NCBI RefSeq assembly: GCF_006345805.1
Contig: NC_043004.1
Location: 46,934,001 to 46,998,000, forward strand
DNA length: 64,000 bases
Reading direction: 5' to 3'
Source of the DNA: Octopus sinensis
Lineage: Eukaryota
Program-made: the position numbers and the translations under genes
Part shown: positions 53,407-64,000 of the stretch, one piece after another
Numbering within the stretch: position 1 is the first letter of the stretch
Layout: the number at the start of each line of letters is the position of its first letter
Notes under the pieces: generated by a model
Told to the model about the DNA's origin: nothing
The model's database searches: none
The model's input: the letters and a program-made list of their open reading frames with translations, nothing else

Positions 53407-54016
53407 ATGAAACATTTTTCGTCAACTTTCGACATATTTCAAAAATTTAGGATCTATATTAATGGGTAGGGCTAATTTGACGAAAAAATTAGCAGAATCT
53501 GGTAGCGAACTCGTGTCGTCGTCATTTATATGCGTGTGCGTAAAATAGCGAAATTTTGCGGTTTGGGACAGATTTCGTCAAATTGATGTCACGACGGCTA
53601 GTGAGCAAAATGCCTAAATTTTGCTTGAGAAATAGAATACTCTTACCTAATCAAAACCTGAAACGCTGGGAAATTCAAACAACGATTTGAAGTAATATGT
53701 TTTAGCAAATCGAAACAATTCGCTATGGAATGAATAATTTGCTAATACTAAATGGATTACCGTTAATAAGCTTCCTGCTTATGCACATGAAACAGTTTTC
53801 GTCGAATTGATGACACGATGGCTAGTTCGAAAATTGCCGAAATTTTACGATTTTTGTAAAATGGATGCTGATTAGAAATCAATTTTCTTAAAATTCCAAG
53901 TGCGTAAGTGACCGCATGGGCATAAGCTTCACACGCATGTCAAATTTCATCTAGGTCTGTGGGATAGTCTCGAAGGAGTTAACAGTCGTTCATTCTGCAT
54001 TGAGAGGGGAAAATAC

Positions 54017-54438
54017 GGATCCTTTCGGTTTGAACGGCAGTTTTTAACATAATTTCTAGGTAACTAAAAAATTCTAAACTTCGTATACTGGTAGAATGTG
54101 TTTATAAAACATATTTTTCTCTTGGCTTTATTGAGAACATTCTATAGTTTATAAGATATTTGTTGGGTTTTTTTCTTCAATTTCGGTAATTTCAACCAGT
54201 CAATTACGTCCATTGAGGTAAAAAGCATTCTGTGCCGTATGAATATGACCCTCGTTTAAGAAACAGATTGGGTTTATTTACATTTGTGAAGAAAAAAAGA
54301 TACCTTCCCCCGCCCCTAACCCTAACCCTAATCCTAAAATAGATTGAAATGCAATAGATCGATACTAGGGTCATAATCATGGGTGACAATTTCATATGAC
54401 ACCGCTAGAAAAAACTGCCGTTCAAGCCGAAAAGATCC
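54017..54438 (+). mobile_element. MITE, GGATC-TIR family
   Basis: Both TIRs present; flanks gaaaatac / gaaaatgt (6 of 8 identical). Confidence 0.9.
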
Positions 54439-54536
54439 GAAAATGTTTTCCTGTCTCGTGGAAGTTAATTTTAAATTATCTTAAAGTTGTAAACTTGATT
54501 TACCCTTAATACACACACATACATATATATACATAT

Positions 54537-54626
<90 letters not shown>

Positions 54627-54734
54627 CTAACTGAGGTACCCAATAATAAATAGTCGTTAATAAGATATCTGTTTATGCACATAGAAACAAATTCAGAAAC
54701 ACACAATCTTGCCATTTATTATCATAGATATGTT

Positions 54735-54772
<38 letters not shown>

Positions 54773-55647
54773 TTTGTGTATGCGTCTGCGTGTGTGTGCA
54801 TACATGAGTATACACGAATAATATGTATGTACCTATGTGTTTATACGTATTTCTATATATTTACAGGCAGATTTTCACCATACATTATTGCCACGGAATT
54901 TCTGTTGCTCTATCCATACACAATCCACAGTTACGAAATATGAAACAAAATGAAAGTCAAAAGCATTTTCCTAACCGAGCATATCAATAGTAAGAAAGAT
55001 GTATGCGACCTGTCTAATTGAAAATAGTGGTTAAATTAAGATAATTCAGTATAAGTCGTATGTTTTCGATAAAGGTAAAATCAATACCGCCTTGGGAAAA
55101 CGACTTCGAGTATAAATGTTGTCAGTTCCCTTTACGAATCATACACCGAGTCGTACTACTGTATCCTTTTTAGTCTAACGTTTCCAGATTTTAAAATAAA
55201 TAGGTTTTTAAAACTTAGCCAACAAATTTCACTTACATTAGGCCCAAAATTTTTGTTTTTCATGTCCCTTCAAGATAAAACAGATATATACAAAACAGAT
55301 ATATACGAATATGATTGTCAGTATTCAACAATAACATCGTGTCATGTAATACAACTACTTATCGTGCATGATTTGTTATAAATTAGCAAAATAACAAAAT
55401 ACCAAAAGGAAAATAGTAATCAAGTTAATTCTAGATGATATGGAGCGACTTTAATGTTACCTGTGCAATATAACACTTACATATGAGTATTTAAATATTT
55501 TGTCAGGCCTATATATTAATCCATAGGGTAAAATATGACATACCTAAGATAAAGAATAATTTTACATGCCATAATTATAAACATTCAAATGTCCACTTCT
55601 AAGGCATTAAGGTTCGTCTGTCATCAACTAATAATAACGTTTCCTAT

Positions 55648-55871
55648 CCTCATAAGGGCCGGTTTTCCAATTTCAGTGGCCTATATATTCCCCATCTGGC
55701 GGGATGCCGATCCGTCGTGGGATAACTCATTTTTGCCACCTGAGTGGACTGGAGCAACGTGTAATGAAGTGTTGTGCTCAAGAACACAACGCATCGCTCG
55801 GTCCAGGAGACGAAACCACAAAGTTATGATCATGAGTCCAACACTCTAGCCACTAAGACACGCGCCTTCAC
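55648..55871 (-). mobile_element. SINE with head B and tail Y
   Basis: Reverse complement gaaggcgcgtgtcttagtgg..ttgctccagtccactcag..aaaaatgagt, then gacggatcggcatcccgccag..gaaaaccggccc. Confidence 0.8.
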
Positions 55872-56229
55872 TAACGACTAGTTCAACGACATAAATATTA
55901 AAATATTAAACATTATTGTTACAATAGCGTATAACCAAATATCTAAATCGGTTTACATCATAACAGTTCTAAATGTACTAACAATACATTTTAAACACAA
56001 TTTCGCAGTGGCAGTTATATGAGGCAGCGCTTTCTGATGAGTGGCATGATACTGGAAACAGATTTATAGTCCTCATCCACTTGTCTGCATAATGGTGTTG
56101 TAAACGTGTTCGGCATTTACAGCCATCATACTTATCCAATAAATTCATTTCATTAGTTATGCATTGACGAGTAAACCATTTGGCATTGATGTCATAATAA
56201 ATTTTAGTATGAGAAAATAAACATTTTGG

Positions 56230-56254
56230 GTTCTTCTTCTTCTTCTTCTTCTTC

Positions 56255-56298
<44 letters not shown>

Positions 56299-56417
56299 TT
56301 AAAAAAGGATTGACGTGACTCTTCACAAAGGTAAACAGTCAAGACGAAGAACGCGACTGTTGAAGTATCGTTCAATAAAATAACTTACAATCGAATCGCG
56401 CAATTCGTCTTGATTAC

Positions 56418-56463
<46 letters not shown>

Positions 56464-56560
56464 ATTATTATTATTATTATTATAATTTTATAATTATTAT
56501 TATTATTTTTATTATTATTATTATTAGTTTTATTATTATTTTTATTATTATTATTATTAG

Positions 56561-56605
<45 letters not shown>
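56230..56605. repeat. (TTC)n/(TTA)n tracts
   Basis: Direct reading; 56414-56605 is the tail or target of the adjacent LINE. Confidence 0.9.
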
Positions 56606-57790
56606 GCAGTAGTCTGATTTTTGTTACGTGCTTTCACTACTGAGCACAGCTCTGTGTGCCTTGGGTACATGCTGTGGTTTGCTGTGATGCTCTTATGGTT
56701 ACTGTATTGAAAATGTTTTACGTAGTGCTGTTTTCTGTATGTTATATATATTTGTTAGTTCTGGTGTATTCGTTATGTATTTGTCTGAATATTTTTTTTT
56801 ATCATACCTAACGTACCCACTATGATAGGAATTGTTTCTGTTTTTAGACTCCACATTCGAGTTACGTGTATTTTCAGATGCTTCTATTTTGAAAGTCTCT
56901 CCATTTCTTTTAGAGAAAGGTTGTCATCTGTTGGTATTGATACATAAAGTATGAAGCATTTTTTCTTCATGATCTCTGACAACTGTATCTGTCCTATTGG
57001 CCTTAATTTCTCTGTCTGTGTGTATTGGCATATCCCATAGTATGGTTGCTTTCACATTTTCTGTGAACTTTTCTGGCGTGAGCTTACACCATCTTTTTTT
57101 CTTTTTTTATTCCATAATGTTGGTATAGATTCCCGTGTATGTAGGCCCCAAACTTGTCGTGTCGGTGACGACTGAAAACAGTTTTCTTGTTCGTGTTTTG
57201 TGGCTCCTTGTATTAGTTTTCCTTGGTTTTGAAGTAGATATTTTTGAAGTCATATGGAGGTTCATTTGTAATAGTTTTCTAGCTGTATGAGGCCTCTACC
57301 ACCTTCTATATGTCAGATTTTAAGTGGTACATCATACATCCTGTCATTATGTTTTTGGTTTTCCTATGTATTTTGGTTAGTTCATTTAGTGTCTAGTTGA
57401 GGATATCATTGCTGTAACTTGTAACTGGGACGGCTAGAGTGTTGATGCCTATTATCTTGTTTGTCGCTATGACATTTTGTTCAGTATTAACTCGTCTACA
57501 GTTTTGTCTTTCTTTTGTGTGTGTTGTATCGCATCTGGTTCACTGATTCCTAAATATTTGTATGTCTAGCTTTGGTTTAATTCTCTTATTTCATTTGCTT
57601 TATCTAGCGTGATGTTGCTACTCTTAACTAGTTTTCCTGTTTTCAAAGCGGCTTTGGCACATTTTTCTAAGCCAAATTTCATATTTATTTCTTTGGGAAA
57701 CCCATGTACTGTCTGTAGTAATGTTTCCAGCTGCTTGTCATTTGTAGCGGACGGTTTTTGGTCATTCATATATAAGAGGTGGCTGACTGT
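56606..57790 (-). mobile_element. 5'-truncated, internally deleted R4/Dong-like REL LINE
   Basis: SHLLYMND..LETLLQTV..MKFGLEKCAK (RT, YMDD-like) and ATILWDMPIHTDREIKANRTDTVVRDHEEK (REL PD motif decayed); (TAA)n at the 3' end. Confidence 0.85.
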
Positions 57791-57999
57791 TTTGCGGTAA
57801 CAGTTACATCCACATCTGCCTCGGTCGAATTTAGCTTTCATCCCTCTGTATTCGATAGAATAAGTACCACATGAGTGCAGGATCAATGTAATCGACTTAT
57901 CCCTCATTCGAAATTGTGGCCGTGTGTCAAAGTTTGAAATATCATCATTATGGTCATTATAATTATTATTATTTTTGTCGTTGTTGTTATTATTATTAC

Positions 58000-58094
<95 letters not shown>

Positions 58095-58129
58095 TTGAAA
58101 TTATTACACCGTATATGAGCTAGTACTGC

Positions 58130-58385
58130 TGTTGTCTTGACGGTTTTTGACTAGTATCCCCAACTACCAAGATTCTTCCTTAAGGTTTTGAGGAATACCT
58201 GATTGAATATTTCCTGCAAGTCAATAATGCCAGTCTAAATTCCACTATCTCTCAGTGTCTAACGCAGCAGATTATGGCTAGTGTTCCAATTACCAAAGCA
58301 AAATTTGCCATCTTAGGCTTCGACAATATCTTTATCTCACTGACTATTCTCAATTTCAGTGACAGCCTTTCGACTACCACATGCA
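58130..58385 (-). mobile_element. Degenerate 3' end of another REL LINE
   Basis: LVIGTLA and LKTLRKNLG resemble PVVIGALG..ILRKVL; followed by (TAC)n(TAA)n. Confidence 0.4.
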
Positions 58386-59374
58386 ATGTCCATTATGTTA
58401 CATTGTTATATATTTCTTTTGGCTCAATGGGATTTTACAATATCTCGGTTCAATAGTGTGCTAAGACGTTTTTTTAATATAGAAATACCATACTATATTG
58501 TAGTTATAATTTTCCCCCACAACCTTCATACCATTTCTATGGTATAACACCATTTTAAATATAAGTAAATGCGACTAAAAGTGCAGTCAATTTGATTGAT
58601 ATAGTAGTCGCTTTCAGGTAAACAATCATTGAAATAAGCAATGAGAGTACATGTGTACATAAATAATACATACATACATACATTAAGCAATGCAACGTAT
58701 ATATATATATGTATATATATATATGTATGTATAAAAAATATATGTATATATATATACACACACGTATATATATATACATACATATATATAACTACATATA
58801 TATATATATATGTATACATATATATAAATCTATACACACACATATATATGTACAGAGAGAGAGAGAGAGAGAAACATGCCACCACCACTCCCGAGACCAC
58901 TAATTTATTTGCAGGGCAAGAAAAAACAGAAGGAAGAAGGTGAAAGAAAGAGGAGTCGGAAAGTGAAAAGGAATATCACTCGCGAATAAATAGGGGGAGT
59001 TTTTGAGAATGCGAGGGGCGATTGCTCAAAATCACATATTGAGAAGCTAGAGTTTGATGGAAGAACAAGCCAGAATGCCTTGCAATAGACATGCAAGCTT
59101 ATCCCACATTTGAAGGGTGTGTGAGTCTATATGGAAAACTGGAAACAAAAGAAAATAGGTGGCGTGTTGCTAGATCGTCTATAAGTACGGAGGATCACGA
59201 GGTAAATAGACTACGTGTTGTTAGACAAAAATTGCGTAGCGACTGTGTTAGCAGAAGTAGGAGGTAGAAGAATTGAATAGTCTATTTTGCCAGAAATTCG
59301 CTATCCGAACTTATCATTAATGCGATGTTATATCAAAAGATGGGGGCCATCAACGATAGAATATTTGATGTAGC

Positions 59375-59414
<40 letters not shown>

Positions 59415-59639
59415 CACATATATATACATATATGGGGAGAGTCATTTTCTTTTTGTGCCTTAATTTAACATACTCACCGGTAAAATTTCCACTTATTTCT
59501 TTTTATTTTCCTAAAATAATTTCCTAAAATTTTCGTTGCATGTTGCAACCTTTTAAATACCTTTGACTCAAATAGGTGCTAAATAGAAAATGCAGTATAG
59601 AATAGTATGGAAAATATAGTTTAAAATTTGGTATCAGTC

Positions 59640-59818
59640 TGACAGACCTTTCATCGTGCTCAGAGTTGCTGAAGCATGGAATAAACTGCCTGCGTCAGTT
59701 GTTGACTGCCATGACACTGCATCCTTTAAGGCCCTCATGCTTTCTGAAATCCGCCGAAACTACACCTGATTGTATATACACTTTAGATGAGTTGTAGTGC
59801 ACCTGAGCACTGTGCACA

Positions 59819-59861
<43 letters not shown>

Positions 59862-59885
59862 TATTATTATTATTATTATTATTAA
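59640..59885 (+). mobile_element. CR1-like LINE 3' end with (ATT)n tail
   Basis: RVAEAWNKLPASVVDCHDTASFKALM matches the CR1 ORF2 C-terminal WNxLP..FK motif. Confidence 0.8.
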
Positions 59886-60772
59886 CTAAGAATGTATCTC
59901 GAAAATAATTCTTTTAATATGAACTATGACTATCGTCTCTGTATCTATCGCCGGAAAACACAAGTGAAGAAAATCTAATAACATCATACAGTCCCTTACC
60001 CACTTAATTCCAACGAACGGGTTCTGTGTGATCCTTCGAAGGCATGTGAATACGGAACGCATTAATATCCCATGCTATGCTCTACAATAAAAACTAAAGA
60101 ACAACAATTGTGTATATATACCGTAAACTAAATATATTTGCAAAGGATACACACACTTTAAAAGTGTTGATTTAGGCAATCAAATAAATTATTTACGAAA
60201 TCATTATGAGGTTGTGTGGAGACGTATTAAAAATGTGTATCATTAGGTGTCTTGGGGAAATTCCGAACCTGGGTTCTCATTCCTAAGGTATTTTACGATG
60301 TTATTATTATAGTCCTATAACAGAGGTCCAACATATGCAAACGAAACGCACAATTTTAGTGAGAACGTTATCTCTCGTCTTACATATGAATATTATGAAC
60401 TAAAGATATATTCTGAAAGCGTATATTCGCAGGTGCAGAATATTTAAATAAATTTCGTTATATCATTCGAACTAACCTCAAACGTAAAACTTGAAACAAG
60501 TGTACCGATACGATATAAAAGAATACTTTTAAATAGTGCCTACCAATTTTTAATGTAAAGTAAAACTTCAACAGACTTAATAATTTGACAATAGGTATGT
60601 GCGTAATCTTCCTTATCTCCAGTGTTTCATATAAGGAACAGCTATGCATCCAAATTATTTTGGTTTCCACCCTTCTCACTTAGCAGCTGCTTTTTTTCTA
60701 TAACTATAGATAATTTATATACCTTACTAGAAAGAAACTGTACGGCTTACATGCTTATATTTTTTATTATTA

Positions 60773-60808
<36 letters not shown>

Positions 60809-61523
60809 AGACACGCACGCATACAACACACACATAGCATACATACAGTTACGTGCATAGTATGTATATATATATATAAATCAATGCACACCAACATAGG
60901 TATATACATACATACATATATGCATTTATGCATGTATGTATGTAAGTATGTAGGTATGTATGTATGCATGTATACATGTATGTATGTATGTATCTATCTA
61001 TCTATCAATATATATTTTTTATTTTTTTTATTTTATCTAGTTTCAGCTAAACGATAATTTAGCGATAATTTATCTTTACACTTTGAAGTTCGGAAGTTTG
61101 AAAATTGTAAAGCTATTTCATAGACACGATATATGTTATATATTACAAAACACAATATCTCTCTGCATCGACAACAGATTGCATTCCCAGAGTACAGAAT
61201 GATACCCTTTAGTGAGCATATTGAGAAATGCGCAAAGCAACTACTAACACAATTCTTAATCTTTTCATTCTATCAATGTGCTATTGGAATACCAACACAA
61301 ATTAGATTAAACAAGGAAACATTCTTCATTGAAAAATATAAACCCTAACTTAACCACTCGAACATTCTTATACAGAGAAACTCTCCCCATTAGATAAAGG
61401 GAAAAGAAATATAAAGTGATTATCTCCCTTATACCGGAAGAAATCGCTTATTACCTCCCCCTGCCTGGAACTCTTCTTTGTACTGCATAACGAAGACATG
61501 ACACGATGTAGGTAAAAACATTT

Positions 61524-61562
61524 GAGAAATTTGAAAAGTTAACACGAAACCGGTAATTTCTT
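61524..61562 (+). ncRNA. Minimal type I hammerhead with compensatory U3-A8 core
   Basis: gagaaau-UUGAAAA-gu uaac ac-GAA-ACCGGU-A-auuucuu. Stem I 7 pairs; palindromic stem III; GUA site. Confidence 0.65.
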
Positions 61563-61671
61563 CAAAAACTATGTTACTATATGAAAAATTTTATAACATT
61601 CTTCTAACATAACGACTTAAATATATTCTTTAACCTTATAAAACAAGCCTTCTGTAGTTTTTTTCACTCTT

Positions 61672-61738
<67 letters not shown>

Positions 61739-62255
61739 AAAATAAATAAACACATCGTACCGAATGCAACTCTCGAAGCAAGTCATATGAAAACATGATT
61801 TAGCTGCATATCACCGTGATTTCATAATTAATGTAGTAATGCACTTTTTAGTCCTCAGTACACAATATTTACAATTAATGGACGAAATCAACATACCAGA
61901 CGAACGACCAATGTATCCAACGTAGCATATAGAAATGTTCACCCTTTATACACCTTTATTCAATATTAATAATAATATACAAACTTGAATACTAATTTTC
62001 TATTGATTTAATGCAGATGGACGTAATATCACAATATAACATTTTTACCAAATATATATACTTAAATGTTTCTTATACTTAAAACTTTAGATAAATATAG
62101 TGTTCTATTATTACTTTACAACTCCAATATTCATACTTTACTCCCATTTCTATACTATATTTTATACGATGTTGTTTCTGCATAAATCTCACCAATTAAC
62201 GGTTTGCAACCGTTTACACAACATGCACTAATGGAACACCTACACTGTGTATCTT

Positions 62256-62351
62256 AAACTACCTCTGAAATCATTTGACTTTCAAAGAATATTTAATTTC
62301 ATTAATTAATTTTCGGAAGGTCTGGAATTGAAACATATGTAAGGGATGTTT
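62256..62351 (+). ncRNA. Decayed hammerhead with long stem II
   Basis: aaactacct/agggatgttt stem I, gactttc/gaaggtc stem II, GAA-ACAUAUGU-A. The CUGANGA segment is eroded to ctgaaat. Confidence 0.45.
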
Positions 62352-62400
62352 GTCAATTTTTGAATTAATAAATAAGTACATCTCTATTTTCTTATCGTAT

Positions 62401-62454
<54 letters not shown>

Positions 62455-62460
<6 letters not shown>

Positions 62461-63527
62461 GAATAGTTCAGCTGGTACAGTATTTCTTGAACTACTTTGC
62501 TTGGGGTGGAGTCTGAAAGTCTGGAATACAAAGTTATAGTCCTTTGTTTTAGAAAGAGTAATGAGCTTTTAGGGGACCTCTGTCCTTGTGCAGGTCAGGG
62601 AAAGTTCGTTGTAGACACTCCTTAAAAGGGAGGAAGCTTGAGCTGTAAGAGCAGTCGGCATTTGGGATTCAGGGCAAGCAGTTGGCAGTTTGGATTTAGC
62701 AGTGGCTGTTCTGCTGGTGACAGTGTACTGAGAGATGACAGGAAGACAGTCATGAGATAGTGAACAGTTGGGATTGTACAGCGAGTTAGTAATGGCTTGT
62801 TCTGCTGTGACAGAGAGAGATATACAGAGGATTAGGCAGCTAATAGAGATGGACTACAATGTGAAGCATTGGCTGATTTAACGGTATGTGTTAATTGTAT
62901 GTTTTGATATGTGAAGAAAAAGAAGGAAAAAGAATCGATGTATTGAAATGTAAAAGAAATGAACATTGTGTTACAGAACTGTTAAAGAAAGAGAGAGACT
63001 CTGTTGTAGTATTTAATGAACATTGAACGTATATGTGTTAATTGTCCTCTGAACTTTAATGTTAATGTGATTTGAAACAGAACTGTTGTCTCCGGACTGT
63101 ATATTGCATCAATCTGAACCGTTATTGAACTCGAATTCTGTGATCTGTTGTATACCTGTATTGATTTGTTGTTTTCTTTAAATGCTGTTGTTATATTGCT
63201 TTGATGTGTTGTTTCCTGAATGTATTTCCTCTTTGATGTACCTGATATGTATCTAAATGTATTTGATGTTGTAACAATTATAAAGTGTTATAAACTAGTA
63301 GGTTAAACGTAAGCCAATTGCCTTCCACTGTATTTCTTTGTCTCTCTGTGTCTCTTCCTGCTGCTGTAGTTGTTGTTGTTATCTCTCTCCTCTCCGAGTT
63401 CCGTGGCGAACTTTCGCGATCGATCGGGCCTGGGCAATCGTCGTCGCTCCACTTGTTGGGATCCCGGGTTCGAATTTCGAGCGACGGCAGGTGGGATTCC
63501 GTAGCAACTTTCTGAGGTCCCGTAACA
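62455..63527 (+). mobile_element. Solo LTR (TG..CA, about 1.07 kb) inserted in (TA)n
   Basis: Begins TGTT, ends AACA, with ATAT on both flanks; non-coding; no second LTR or internal ORF in the window. Strand is assumed. Confidence 0.7.
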
Positions 63528-63540
63528 ATATATATATATA

Positions 63541-63760
63541 TATTTCTTTACTACCCACAAGGGGCTAAACACAGAGAGGACAAACAAGGACAGACAAACG
63601 GATTAAGTCGATTACATCGACCCCAGTGCGTAACTGGTACTTAATTTATCGACCCCGAAAGGATGAAAGGCAAAGTCGACCTCGACGGAATTTGAACTCA
63701 GAACGTAATGGCAGACAAAATACGGCTACGCATTTCGCCCGGCGTCCTAACGTTTCTGCC
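63541..63760 (-). mobile_element. Near full-length SINE, family of 3208-3500
   Basis: Reverse complement tggcagaaacgttaggacgccgggcgaaatg..gagttcaaattcc..gtgggtagtaaagaaata. Confidence 0.9.
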
Positions 63761-64000
63761 ATACATATATGAGTTCAGCCAAAATTTTGATTCAGATGAA
63801 TATGGTACTATTCATACAATTTCAAACTAAGGTAATTAGAATCAAAATAACCAACAAGAATAGCCGAAGGTAATGCTGTACGATGGTTTTACACAACTCC
63901 ATTTAATTGAACAATGCCAACATTACATCAATTTAAATGCAGTGCAATCCTCAGCTGCACAAAGACATAGAATTTGATCAAATTAAAACAGATGGACACA

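Noticed and set aside
56030-56080. CTGATGA..GAAAC..GTC hammerhead-like spacing
   Set aside because: No convincing stem I or stem II.
58900-59320. IDYVLLD, suggestive of a LINE AP-endonuclease
   Set aside because: Single short motif only.
59521-59560. Minus-strand TTTAAAA-g-gttgc/gcaac-GAAA-AATT in a (TA)n-adjacent repeat
   Set aside because: Good stem II, but G5 is lost and there is no stem I in this copy.

Overview
AT-rich, microsatellite-dense eukaryotic DNA with no confidently identifiable host gene. Nearly all entries in the ORF track are translations of simple repeats or decayed transposons. The tRNA-headed SINE families closely resemble those I know from octopod cephalopods, so an Octopus intron or intergenic region is my inference, not a database result. 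Recognisable relics: a Tx1/L1-type LINE (endonuclease, RT, zinc knuckle), a mariner transposase, a Helitron Rep/helicase, a Penelope-like GIY-YIG fragment, R4/Dong-like REL LINEs beside (TAA)n, a CR1 3' end, a TG..CA solo LTR, four copies of an 8-bp-TSD MITE carrying TTAGGG repeats, several hairpin elements and many SINEs with shuffled heads and tails. The most notable signal is about ten type I hammerhead-ribozyme motifs in mostly unrelated flanks. One is intact with a branched stem II, two form an inverted pair, and two carry the compensatory U3-A8 core. Most sit about 40-120 nt upstream of a (TA)n tract, which suggests diverse non-autonomous Penelope/retrozyme-like elements. All folds were read by eye and none has been computed or tested.
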